A DNA stretch of 64,000 nucleotides from Felixounavirus NRG857CP1: sequence record OZ035796.1; one strand, 5' to 3'. Of the stretch, positions 41,068 through 49,785 are shown one piece after another. Both the position numbers and the translations under genes were made by a program. Position 1 is the first letter of the stretch; every line of letters starts with the position of its first letter. Under the pieces are notes generated by a model that was given only the letters and a program-made list of their open reading frames with translations, did not search any database and was not told where the DNA came from.

Positions 41068-41415
41068 ATGACATTTAAAGAGTTCTGTCAAGCTACTTTC
41101 ATAATTGTTTTCTTAGTTGGTGCAGGTGTCTGGGGAGGATACTCTTACAGAGACTATCAAGTTGCTGAAACTGAGCTAAATAATGAGAAACTAATAAGTG
41201 TTGCTAAAGATGCTTATCAGGAAGGTTTAGCCACACTCAGCACCAATTACAAAAATGATTTGAAAGATGTGCTTGCTAAGAATAAGCATACAAAAGAGGT
41301 ACTAACATATGAAAAAACTAAGCCAGAGTTTTATAATGTTTGTGTTACTGATAACTATGTCAGGGTGTTCAACGAACAAAGTGAGCAGTACATTCAAAAA
41401 CTCCCAAGTAAGTGA
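41068..41415 (+). CDS. i-spanin-like protein (Rz-like)
   Basis: N-terminal TM helix then charged coiled-coil-like region; its 3' end overlaps a lipoprotein gene in another frame. Confidence 0.5.
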   Translation: MTFKEFCQATFIIVFLVGAGVWGGYSYRDYQVAETELNNEKLISVAKDAYQEGLATLSTNYKNDLKDVLAKNKHTKEVLTYEKTKPEFYNVCVTDNYVRVFNEQSEQYIQKLPSK

Positions 41416-41578
41416 GGGTGATAAGTACACCCAAGAAGAATCACGGTATATCATCAAAGGCAACACAGGCAGCGATGTAGCAGCAGCCCTTGAGTTCTAT
41501 CGTGACGGCTTTTACCAGTGCACAATCAAAGCTAACAACCTTATTGACATGATTTTATTAGGGAATAAGCAGCAATGA
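41309..41578 (+). CDS. o-spanin-like lipoprotein (Rz1-like)
   Basis: MKKLSQSFIMFVLLITMSGC with lipobox; ORF overlaps the upstream gene by 107 nt out of frame. Confidence 0.5.
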   Translation: MKKLSQSFIMFVLLITMSGCSTNKVSSTFKNSQVSEGDKYTQEESRYIIKGNTGSDVAAALEFYRDGFYQCTIKANNLIDMILLGNKQQ

Positions 41579-41844
41579 CAGAGAATCAAGATACTTTTTA
41601 CGTAGAAGGGTACTTACTGTTACCACGACCAAAAGAGACTTATATGCGAATTGATTTCTCACCAACCATTATGGATAATGTGATGTGCCATATCTTTATG
41701 CAAGGTGTCACAGCACAGCTTAAACATGTTGGTAAAGAGTGCAAAATAAAGGTTGACACTCATCCAGAAATCAAAGAGAATCACTACACATGGTTCTTAC
41801 CAGATTCTAAAGAAATCTTAGCAGTTCTTAAAACGAGGAAGTAA
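41575..41844 (+). CDS. hypothetical protein
   Basis: 89-aa ORF. Confidence 0.45.
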   Translation: MTENQDTFYVEGYLLLPRPKETYMRIDFSPTIMDNVMCHIFMQGVTAQLKHVGKECKIKVDTHPEIKENHYTWFLPDSKEILAVLKTRK

Positions 41845-41846
41845 CT

Positions 41847-42173
41847 ATGCAGATTAATGGAAGAGACTTTGTAGCCGTTTACTATGAGAAAGGTAAAGAA
41901 GTTGGCGTAGCACAAGTATCTTATGGCAATGGTAAGTGGCTATATGGAACAATCGCAGTAGTAGGAACAAGAAGTGATACAAAAACCTTTAAAGATTGTG
42001 TTGACCTTCTTGAAGAATCCATCCAGAATCATTGGTGTCTGATATGGATGACTGATAACGAAGTGATGGAGCGTTTCAAAAAGATTGATATCAACATTGA
42101 CAGTATTGAGCATGTTGATTTATATGAACTAACTGAGAAGGTAAACTATGAAAGTAATACTAGCCAGAGATAA
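41847..42173 (+). CDS. hypothetical protein
   Basis: 108-aa ORF. Confidence 0.45.
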   Translation: MQINGRDFVAVYYEKGKEVGVAQVSYGNGKWLYGTIAVVGTRSDTKTFKDCVDLLEESIQNHWCLIWMTDNEVMERFKKIDINIDSIEHVDLYELTEKVNYESNTSQR

Positions 42174-42375
42174 AAAGACACGAAAACTTATAAGGTCAGC
42201 AGTATTCATTGGACGAAATGAGGTCATCCCATTTACAGCAAATGATGTGATAGCTTACAGGAAGAACTTAGTATTCACTGACTGCTTACGTGGCTTCATC
42301 TCTGAACCATTGGAAGACTTTAAAAGTCGTTGTGGTAAAGGTATCATCATTCAAGAGGCAATTATTCATGGCTGA
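42148..42375 (+). CDS. hypothetical protein
   Basis: 75-aa ORF. Confidence 0.4.
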   Translation: MKVILARDKKTRKLIRSAVFIGRNEVIPFTANDVIAYRKNLVFTDCLRGFISEPLEDFKSRCGKGIIIQEAIIHG

Positions 42376-42568
42376 CTTCTGTAAAGACTGTTCTATCGAA
42401 ATGTTCGGACGTGATACAGGTGACTTAAAAGGTCTTATCACTGAAGATGATTTTAAAGCTGGTTATGCAATGCCAGTAATCTGTGAAGGTTGTGGGTGCA
42501 TCTGGGTAGACCATGAGGGGCAACGTGTAAAACCTTCAGAAGATAAAGAATCTTGGGAGAGATGCTAA
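42368..42568 (+). CDS. small Cys-rich protein
   Basis: ORF 42290-42568 trimmed to the ATG at 42368; CKDC...CEGCGC. Confidence 0.4.
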   Translation: MADFCKDCSIEMFGRDTGDLKGLITEDDFKAGYAMPVICEGCGCIWVDHEGQRVKPSEDKESWERC

Positions 42569-43354
42569 ATGGGTATTGTAAAAATCATCAATGGTGATAT
42601 CTTTGCTGCATTTGATAAAGGTAAGTTTGACATCATTGGTCATGGTTGTAACTGCATGAACCTAATGGGCGCAGGTATCGCTGACAAGATTTCTAAACTT
42701 TACCCAAAAGCATATGAGACCGATACAGAAGTTTATCTCTATGCAGGTGGTATAGGTCACAAACCCTGTGAGAATTTACTAGGTAATTTCTCTGTAGCAC
42801 GCTTAAAACAAGGTCGTATAGCTAACCTTTACACTCAGCTTAAGACTGGTAAAGATGCCCGATACAGTGCTTTAGAGTCATCTTTGAAACAGCTTAACAG
42901 ATACTGTGAAGTCAATCAGTTGAAGAAAGTTGGTTTACCTATGATTGGTGTAGGTATCGGTGGACTTGACCCTCAAGCCGTCACAGTTATCATCAATCAG
43001 GTGATGAAGAGTGTAGATGTTTATCTATATGTCTATGAAGGAGAGATGTACCACAAGTTACTCTCAGGTTGGAAGAACTACTGTGAACCAGAATACTTTG
43101 CAGGTGTAGCAGTGTTCACAGATAACGCAGTTACCCTCTTCAGACGAAGAAAAGGTAAGATACATCAAAGTAACCCTCCGGTTGAAAAGATGTCTCTAAG
43201 TAACGCTCTAGTTACCCACCTGTCAAAGAGCAATCACAGAATTGCTGTAACATTTGGTAGTGATGCAGAAGCTTATATCTATGCAAGAACTGATGAGGAT
43301 ATTGAGGCAATCTTCTCTTCACCAGAAGTTACCTTCTTAGACGCAAAGAACTAA
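42569..43354 (+). CDS. macro-domain protein (ADP-ribose binding/hydrolase family)
   Basis: N-terminal IINGDIF...FDIIGHGCNCMNLMGAGIADKI resembles the macro-domain VQGDIT...NAAN...GGGGV-GAIH region as recalled; 261 aa with extra C-terminal region. Confidence 0.55.
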   Translation: MGIVKIINGDIFAAFDKGKFDIIGHGCNCMNLMGAGIADKISKLYPKAYETDTEVYLYAGGIGHKPCENLLGNFSVARLKQGRIANLYTQLKTGKDARYSALESSLKQLNRYCEVNQLKKVGLPMIGVGIGGLDPQAVTVIINQVMKSVDVYLYVYEGEMYHKLLSGWKNYCEPEYFAGVAVFTDNAVTLFRRRKGKIHQSNPPVEKMSLSNALVTHLSKSNHRIAVTFGSDAEAYIYARTDEDIEAIFSSPEVTFLDAKN

Positions 43355-43422
43355 GAAACTCTGTAGGATATCCACAATAGCCTAAGCCTTTCTTATCTGG
43401 TAAATTTTTCAGGTAAGGAGGG

Positions 43423-43610
43423 CTTTTTCATTTCAGATTTGTGCAGGTAGATTTCTCTACAGAACTCTATAGAGAAAATTTTGAACTCCAAAGAGAAAAT
43501 TCATTTTCAAACTGTGCAGGTAATCTCCAAAGAGCTTTTTCATTTTCAAAACGTGCAGACCCCGCTCAGGTCGGGCAAGAAAAATCATTTTAGAATTGTG
43601 CAGGTAGGTT
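43423..43610. repeat. four direct repeats (~28 nt, core TCATTTTCA-A-TGTGCAGGTA)
   Basis: Copies near 43428, 43501, 43550 and 43586 with irregular spacing (73, 49, 36 nt); non-coding. Confidence 0.6.
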
Positions 43611-43626
43611 TTTATAGACAGCCAGC

Positions 43627-43661
43627 CCAACCCCTCTCCCCCTCTTACTCCCCCTCTCCCC
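43627..43661. repeat. C/T-rich homopyrimidine tract
   Basis: CCCAACCCCTCTCCCCCTCTTACTCCCCCTCTCCCC; exceptional in this AT-rich sequence. Confidence 0.6.
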
Positions 43662-43782
43662 AAAAGTCAAGAGAAAAATTTGTAGCGGATTGAAAAATAA
43701 TTCTTGATTTGCGTTCTGTTTTGTGGTAGTCGTGCGCACCCGTTTCATTACAGTTTTGCCAAAAATATTTTTAAAATTTTTA

Positions 43783-43811
43783 TTGACTCTTTGAACGTGG
43801 TTATCTAATAT
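43783..43811 (+). promoter_or_regulatory. sigma70-like promoter of the small-gene array
   Basis: TTGACT - 17 nt - TAATAT, followed by the conserved GGGGAGGG-AATGACC-(T)TCCCC leader hairpin and AGGAGA Shine-Dalgarno. Confidence 0.55.
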
Positions 43812-43874
43812 TTACATCAACGGGGAGGGAATGACCTTTCCCACTAAATAAAATCCTAAACTGGAGATTCAAAA

Positions 43875-44063
43875 ATGGCATCAAGAAAAATTAAAGTTGG
43901 CGATGAGGTTAACATTAAGCACGAATACTCTTACAAAATGCTAACTATACGCTCTTATAAGGTTTATCAGGTGGAAGCTATCCACAAAGATAATACTTTT
44001 TCCTTAAAAGGGTATAGCGAACGTTTCCCTGCTGAACTCTTTGAGAAATGGAGCGCGAAATAA
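43875..44063 (+). CDS. small hypothetical protein (array gene 1)
   Basis: 62 aa; conserved leader TAAACTGGAGATTCAAAAATG. Confidence 0.5.
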   Translation: MASRKIKVGDEVNIKHEYSYKMLTIRSYKVYQVEAIHKDNTFSLKGYSERFPAELFEKWSAK

Positions 44064-44269
44064 TGCTTTACAGTCGTGAATTGATGGTTACAACTAACGT
44101 TAACACAAAGGTAAAACGTTTTTACATGCAAATTTGTGGCGTATGGTCTAGAATATCAGAAGCTGACTATTGCAACTATGTAGAAACAGCTATAAACTCT
44201 AATTGCTACCTTACAAGAAATACTAAGAATTTTACAAGGCAAACAGCGATTTACTATTACGATAAATAA
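44063..44269 (+). CDS. small hypothetical protein (array gene 2)
   Basis: TAATG overlap with upstream stop (translational coupling); 68 aa. Confidence 0.45.
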   Translation: MLYSRELMVTTNVNTKVKRFYMQICGVWSRISEADYCNYVETAINSNCYLTRNTKNFTRQTAIYYYDK

Positions 44270-44276
44270 AAAGTAC

Positions 44277-44312
44277 TTTACATGGGGCTTATAGTTCGAT
44301 AAAGTAAGCCCC
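44277..44312 (+). promoter_or_regulatory. promoter/hairpin module type B
   Basis: TTTACA - 17 nt - TAAAGT with GGGGCTTA...TAAGCCCC inverted repeat across the spacer; diverged copies near 44754 and 45360. Confidence 0.45.
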
Positions 44313-44359
44313 AGATAAAGAGCTTTACCAAATTAACCCTTAAACTAGGAGATTCAAAA

Positions 44360-44740
44360 ATGGCATATCGTGCACCTAAATTCATCAACAAAGACAACTT
44401 TCGCAACGCACTGGAGAAGTCACTTGATGAAAATTTTAAAGGCAACATTATCGTTGTTCACGCATTCAATTTTAAGTATGATGTAAACGGGAATAGAATC
44501 AACCATTACACGGCAACCATGTTAGATGGCACACTATCAAGTGAAAAAGCTGTACTGAATGCACTTGCTGGACGTGGTAAAAACCTGATAAAATGCGATA
44601 AGAGACGTTATCAGGGTGGCGCATATGGTTATGATGATGCTATTTATCATCTTGAAAATATGGGCTATCAAGTAGAAAAAGCTGGAGCATCACAAATCAT
44701 CGGCAGTGACGGCTATGTGACAATTTTCAAAATTAACTGA
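44360..44740 (+). CDS. hypothetical protein (array gene 3)
   Basis: 126 aa; conserved leader CTTAAACTAGGAGATTCAAAAATG. Confidence 0.5.
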   Translation: MAYRAPKFINKDNFRNALEKSLDENFKGNIIVVHAFNFKYDVNGNRINHYTATMLDGTLSSEKAVLNALAGRGKNLIKCDKRRYQGGAYGYDDAIYHLENMGYQVEKAGASQIIGSDGYVTIFKIN

Positions 44741-44835
44741 TAAAGTACTTTACAAGGGGCTTAAAAGTTGGTATCTTAAGCCCCAGATAAAGAGCTTTAC
44801 CACTAAATCAAGTCCTTAAACTAGGAGATTCAAAA

Positions 44836-45348
44836 ATGAAAACTGTAGACGCTACCTTTGAAGTTGTAAAAGAAAAATTTTCCATCATTTACGAAGCTGT
44901 TAATTGCTACGAAGCAAGCCATAACCTTGATAATTGGGAATTTACAGATGACCATCAAGGCGGTGTGACTGTTAAAAATCCTAACTATCAGCATAATGCA
45001 TTTAAATATGCAATCCCTTTGCATTACAGCCTTAAACAGCTTTCTAGTGACTATGCAAAACAAGGCCGGGAAAATCCATCAAAAGAGGCTTACGCAAGCT
45101 TACAGAAAGAACTAGAAAGAGATTTAGAGGCTTCAGAGTACAACCTTGCCGCGAAAGTTGTGGATGCAAACGGTAACACGGTTTTAGAAAGTTTTTATCT
45201 TGGTTATGCTTTCGATTGGTGCTATCGTGACGGCGATGATTTAGAGGATAGACTAAAAGAAGAGGTGAACAATTCAGACGCAGAATCTGAAGTATTAGAA
45301 CGTTTGGAATCACTAAAAGATTCAGTGATGAATATCTTTAAGAACTAA
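44836..45348 (+). CDS. hypothetical acidic protein (array gene 4)
   Basis: 170 aa; same conserved leader. Confidence 0.5.
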   Translation: MKTVDATFEVVKEKFSIIYEAVNCYEASHNLDNWEFTDDHQGGVTVKNPNYQHNAFKYAIPLHYSLKQLSSDYAKQGRENPSKEAYASLQKELERDLEASEYNLAAKVVDANGNTVLESFYLGYAFDWCYRDGDDLEDRLKEEVNNSDAESEVLERLESLKDSVMNIFKN

Positions 45349-45440
45349 ATAGATTTCTTTACACGGGGTTATCAAGCTGGTAGGATAGCCCCAGATAAAG
45401 AGATTTATCAAATAAAGTCCTTAAACTAGGAGATTCTAAA

Positions 45441-45737
45441 ATGAAATTATCAAATCAAGTGCGTGAAAATCTAAGCAAATTACTCAACAAAATTGATTTC
45501 ATTGAAACATCAAGGAATAGTCATGATGTTATGGAATGGTTACACGGCAAAATAAAAGGCCGTCGTGTAGTGATTTGCTTATGGAACAGTTGCAGGGAGT
45601 ATAAAAAACCTGTATTGCAAGTTAATATCTATGATGATACTTTTAAAAGTCCTGTAAAGTCTGAAAGTGATTTACTAGATTCTTATGAGATAACTGTAAA
45701 TGGCAAAGTGTCACGTAAAGAGGAAGCACTATGTTAA
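45441..45737 (+). CDS. hypothetical protein (array gene 5)
   Basis: 98 aa; same conserved leader (variant GATTCTAAAATG). Confidence 0.5.
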   Translation: MKLSNQVRENLSKLLNKIDFIETSRNSHDVMEWLHGKIKGRRVVICLWNSCREYKKPVLQVNIYDDTFKSPVKSESDLLDSYEITVNGKVSRKEEALC

Positions 45738-46063
45738 TGATGGGTATCACTGCAATCATTGCTATTATGGCGCTATATAAGGCGTACAGCGCCTACAATC
45801 TGGCAAGTAAGGCAATCACGCAACAGGTCAATAATAGCCTTGTAATGAGTTTTCTGGAGCGTTTAAGTGATGAACAAATAAAACGGTTAGAAATGAGCTT
45901 CAGATTTCAATCAAAAACTTATCAAATCAGCGACATTTTCAAAGATAATTTTCAGCTTGTCGATGATTATAACTCTCTGATAAATGCTTTAAATATCAGC
46001 GACTTAAAAGACTATTACACTATAATTGTCCAAGAACTGAACAAACGAAAAAATTTCTCTTGA
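45731..46063 (+). CDS. small membrane protein (array gene 6)
   Basis: 110 aa, N-terminal TM helix; start overlaps upstream stop. Confidence 0.45.
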   Translation: MLMMGITAIIAIMALYKAYSAYNLASKAITQQVNNSLVMSFLERLSDEQIKRLEMSFRFQSKTYQISDIFKDNFQLVDDYNSLINALNISDLKDYYTIIVQELNKRKNFS

Positions 46064-46088
46064 TTTTAGTTTTAAAAACAAGTAAATT
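46060..46088 (+). promoter_or_regulatory. sigma70-like promoter candidate
   Basis: TTGATT - 17 nt - TAAATT followed by the GGGGAGGG-AATGA-CCTTCCCC leader hairpin. Confidence 0.5.
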
Positions 46089-46152
46089 ACTAATCAACGG
46101 GGAGGGAATGACCTTCCCCACTAAGTAAAATCCTTAAACTAGGAGAGTCAAA

Positions 46153-46683
46153 ATGAACAAGTTTAAAGCTATCAACTTCATTCGTTCAAATGCTGTAATG
46201 TCTAAGCCTGTAAAAGATACATATGAATTTCGTTGTAATGGGGTACACTTTGCAACCATCACTAAGTCAGAAAACGGGGCTTATTATGTACATCGTCGTA
46301 ATGTTGCAACCGTTGTAGTCTCTCACTTTATGCAAGCTGTAGCGGAATTATTACCGTTATTCTTAGAGATTTACTTAGATGAGTGTAAAAACGTTCACAA
46401 CCACGTTAAAAACCTTTTAAACGGTTATAAAATGGCTTATGAACGTTCTATCAAGTCACTAAACAAGTTTTACAATGCACCTGCAAATACTGTTTCAATG
46501 GCTTATGATGTAAACGGTGAGTTAGTTAGTCTCTTTAAAGTGGAAGAAATTAAACTGTATAATCTACGTCCTAGTGGTTACTCTAAGACTCTTGGTGAAG
46601 GTTTAACGTTCAATATCAAGAACTTAGAAAAAACTTTAAAAGATATTGAAAAAGATATTGACGAGACACTTAAAAGTCTGTAA
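46153..46683 (+). CDS. hypothetical protein (array gene 7)
   Basis: 176 aa; leader AGGAGAGTCAAAATG. Confidence 0.5.
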   Translation: MNKFKAINFIRSNAVMSKPVKDTYEFRCNGVHFATITKSENGAYYVHRRNVATVVVSHFMQAVAELLPLFLEIYLDECKNVHNHVKNLLNGYKMAYERSIKSLNKFYNAPANTVSMAYDVNGELVSLFKVEEIKLYNLRPSGYSKTLGEGLTFNIKNLEKTLKDIEKDIDETLKSL

Positions 46684-46686
46684 ATT
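46658..46686 (+). promoter_or_regulatory. sigma70-like promoter candidate
   Basis: TTGACG - 17 nt - TAAATT then the conserved leader hairpin; -10 overlaps the upstream stop codon. Confidence 0.5.
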
Positions 46687-46751
46687 GTCAATCAACGGGG
46701 AGGGAATGACCTTCCCCACTAAATAAAACCCTTAAACTAGGAGATTCAAAA

Positions 46752-47000
46752 ATGGCAACTATCCGCGCTACTGTTAACGAGTTCGGTTTTTCTTCTCTGG
46801 ATGTTAAATTTGACATTGCAGGCACTGATAACGCCTTTGAAATGGTGAAATGTCTTATCAGTCAGACCATCAAAGATTATAATCCTTCGGATGAGTTCTG
46901 GGAGGAAACAAAACAAGAAGTTCTCAAGGATGGTTATACTTATCACTATTGGGGAGAAAAAATCGTCTCCCTGTACTACAACAAACAAGATTATAACTAA
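46752..47000 (+). CDS. small hypothetical protein (array gene 8)
   Basis: 82 aa; conserved leader. Confidence 0.5.
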   Translation: MATIRATVNEFGFSSLDVKFDIAGTDNAFEMVKCLISQTIKDYNPSDEFWEETKQEVLKDGYTYHYWGEKIVSLYYNKQDYN

Positions 47001-47038
47001 TCGACGCAGCGGGGCTATTTAGCCCCAGATACCTGAAC

Positions 47039-47062
47039 AGCCCCTTAAAATGGGGCTTTTTT
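47039..47062 (+). terminator. rho-independent terminator
   Basis: AGCCCC-ttaaaat-GGGGCT followed by TTTTTT; an additional GGGGCT-attt-AGCCCC hairpin lies just upstream. Confidence 0.65.
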
Positions 47063-48706
47063 ACGTCTATGTAATAGCCTCTATTCAATCCTTTTCCTTT
47101 CCTTTCCAGAATCTATCCCACTGATTCAATAGAATCTTATCAGACCTTAAAAGCAATAACTCTATAGTCTACTCTATAACCTCTTATCAAATCAACTTAA
47201 ATAAAAGCCAATAACCCCAGAAAGGGGATGGCCCATTTAAACGCTCTATAAAGCTCTATAACAGCCTTATCAACCTAACTTAAGGGATTGCATTAACTCA
47301 CCCTTAAAAACCCTTTATAAAGCTTCTCAGAGCCTTAAAAGAATCTTATAAGGGTGTAAGCTTTATCATCTCATTAGTATTCTTGTGAATAACTAAACAA
47401 CCCCTTGATAGTCACTAAAAAGTATGTTATAGGGGGCTTTAAAGTTACTTTGAAGTAGCTTAAAAGTTACGTAAAAGAGGTTATAAAGTTACGTAAATGC
47501 TAGCCCCCTTAACATTTTCTTAACAATTTCTTAACAACCCCCTACATAGTTATGCTTGTTAGAGACTTGTTAGCCCCTTGTTAAATCTCTGTTAAGACCA
47601 CGTAAAAGCCTTGTAAGAACCTTTGACATAGCCTTAAAAGCTCCTGTAAAGCCCTATAAAGAGCTATCCATACAGTTGAGGGGTAGATACTAGGAAGAGA
47701 TTTAAAAGAGCTTACAAGGAGCTATAGAGAGCTTTTAAAGGGTATGTTTAGAGAATCACTAAGAAAGAGAGGGAACGATAAGAAAAGAGTAGTGACCATG
47801 TTAATAGCTTGTTAAAAAGATTAAACACTTGTTAAAAACTTGTTAATTATCTTAACAAAATAACTCTTAAAAATTAACTTGTTAGCTCTTGTTAGTCATC
47901 TGTTAAGATTCTGTAAAGCCCATGTATCAACTGTTAAGAAACTGTTAAGCCCTTGTTAGCTCTGTTAAGAATCTGTTAAGACCTTTGAAGAGTTGTTAAG
48001 AAGATGTTAGAACTGTTGAGAGATTGTTAATGATATTTTAAAATTTTGCAAAGTACTTGTAAGGGAGCTGTTAAGGGCTACCAAGCAGATATACATCTTC
48101 TACAGATATTTTTGAGTTCCTTCAAAGACCCTAAAAAAATGACTTGATATTCCTATTTTATAAAAATTTTAAAATTCTGAATAATTACCTATACAGTCTT
48201 TTAAAAATACAGGCATAAACAGGCTTATAAGATACCTTGTTAGTACCGTGTTAGACCTTGTGAGATAAGGTCTGTAAAGATATTCCTGTTAAGTTTGTTA
48301 AAACAGTCTATATAGAGGCTTAGTAATACCTAGTGAACACCTATAGAGGGTAACATAGCTGACATAATGGGTTACTGTTAAGTAACACAGATAACCTAGA
48401 GATTAAGAGGTGTATAGGGGGCTTCTAAGAGGGTATAGAGAGATGGTTAAGGTGATTGTATAGGCTGTTAAGAAGGCTTGTTAGAAGAGTGTTTAGAAGG
48501 GCTATACAGAGGGGCTATTAAGACCACTAGATAGTTACTAAGATACTATATAGTACTATATAACTATATATAGAGAGTAAGCTTAAGAAGGTTGTTAAGA
48601 AGGGTAGATATTTTATTCACATATGATGGTGACCCAGAGGTTGGGACAACCGATGAAATTTTATAAAAATTAAAAAGCCCCCAATTAAGGAGGCTCTTAA
48701 GATATT
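47063..48706. repeat. ORF-free ~1.6-kb island dense in short iterated motifs
   Basis: No ORF of 60 aa or more on either strand; dozens of (C)TTGTTAG / CTGTTAAG / GTTAAGA and CCTTAAAAG / CTATAAAGAGCT copies; lies between convergent transcription units. Confidence 0.7.
48675..48700 (-). terminator. rho-independent terminator candidate (minus strand)
   Basis: On the minus strand AGCCTCC-ttaatt-GGGGGCT followed by TTTTT, just downstream of the last minus-strand gene. Confidence 0.5.
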
Positions 48707-49255
48707 TTAAATCAGTGTTTCCAGAACTGTCTTCAGTGATGACTTGGTTGTCTGATAAAAATGAGTAAATCCATTGTTGTTATCGAATACCTGCATCATG
48801 ATATCATCTCCCTTGATTGGGTACACTCGGATATCATAGTGGAATCCATTAAAGATAGCAGAGCCATTACAGAATGAACTAAAGTCATCAACTGAGATGT
48901 ACTCTTCGTGACCTGTGATTTTTATACAGACACCTTTACTCGGTCTCTTAGGGTTGATATCTTCCATGATAGACATGCTCTGTCCACCAAGAGATACCAT
49001 AGTGACCACTTTACGGTTCTTCTGTTTAAAGTACATCTTAACTTTCTGTAAAGTGTCTTCATAGAACGGATAAGACCTTTCTACAAAGATTCCTTCAAGT
49101 GGCTCTTTACCATTTTCAACTTCTCTGTTATGCCGTACTGCAAAGATAATTTGTTGGAACCAGTCAAGATTTTCTTCGGAGAGTGCTTCCCGAATATCAT
49201 TCCAGTCAAGGACTAGGTAGTTGCCTTCAACATCTTTTAAGTTATCTTTTTCCAT
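48707..49255 (-). CDS. hypothetical protein
   Basis: ORF 48707-49312; start tentatively moved to an internal ATG to remove the 44-nt overlap. Confidence 0.45.
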   Translation of the reverse strand: MEKDNLKDVEGNYLVLDWNDIREALSEENLDWFQQIIFAVRHNREVENGKEPLEGIFVERSYPFYEDTLQKVKMYFKQKNRKVVTMVSLGGQSMSIMEDINPKRPSKGVCIKITGHEEYISVDDFSSFCNGSAIFNGFHYDIRVYPIKGDDIMMQVFDNNNGFTHFYQTTKSSLKTVLETLI

Positions 49256-49268
49256 ATCTATCACACCA

Positions 49269-49733
49269 TTATCGTAAAACTTGGTAGTCTGGTACTGCAA
49301 ACTTGTTGTCATTGTTTTTAATGAGGTCTTCTTCTGTTACTAAGAATGTAAGACCACACAAGTGTGTATAGCGGCTATCATACTCAAATATTTTAAGTAA
49401 GTATTTACCATCATGATAGACAGATTCTACTACACCTTTTGCAACAATCTTTCCGGTCTTGAAGTCTTTAAGACGGTATACATTACCAACTTTAGGGACT
49501 GTTTTCACTTCAGGTTCTTTTAGCTTCTCACCAACTTCTACATCACCTAGTAAGTGAGAACTTTCAAACGCTACATATTGCATATAAGCTTCTGAGCATT
49601 CCCAGATAAAACAATGTACAAGAACCTTAGCAGCATGTCTTGAACAGCTCAACTTATCACAAATCTCTTTGTACATCTCATCTTTAGTTGAGTTGTCAAG
49701 CATTGCTTTTTGGACTACTTCTTTAATTTTCAT
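49269..49733 (-). CDS. hypothetical protein
   Basis: 154-aa ORF. Confidence 0.5.
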   Translation of the reverse strand: MKIKEVVQKAMLDNSTKDEMYKEICDKLSCSRHAAKVLVHCFIWECSEAYMQYVAFESSHLLGDVEVGEKLKEPEVKTVPKVGNVYRLKDFKTGKIVAKGVVESVYHDGKYLLKIFEYDSRYTHLCGLTFLVTEEDLIKNNDNKFAVPDYQVLR

Positions 49734-49785
49734 TTCGCTACCTTCTAAGTTTCTACAAAGGGGCTATCAAGTAACCCCTAAGTTA

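Noticed and set aside
43457-43693. Two overlapping ORFs (68 aa minus, 70 aa plus) in the direct-repeat region
   Set aside because: Both are translations of the repeats and the C/T tract (poly-Gly/Arg/Pro-like products); the region is better explained as a non-coding repeat array.
47063-48706. Possible CRISPR array
   Set aside because: The repeats are 7-9 nt, irregularly spaced and degenerate, with no 25-40-nt repeat/spacer periodicity and no cas genes; treated as iteron-like repeats instead.
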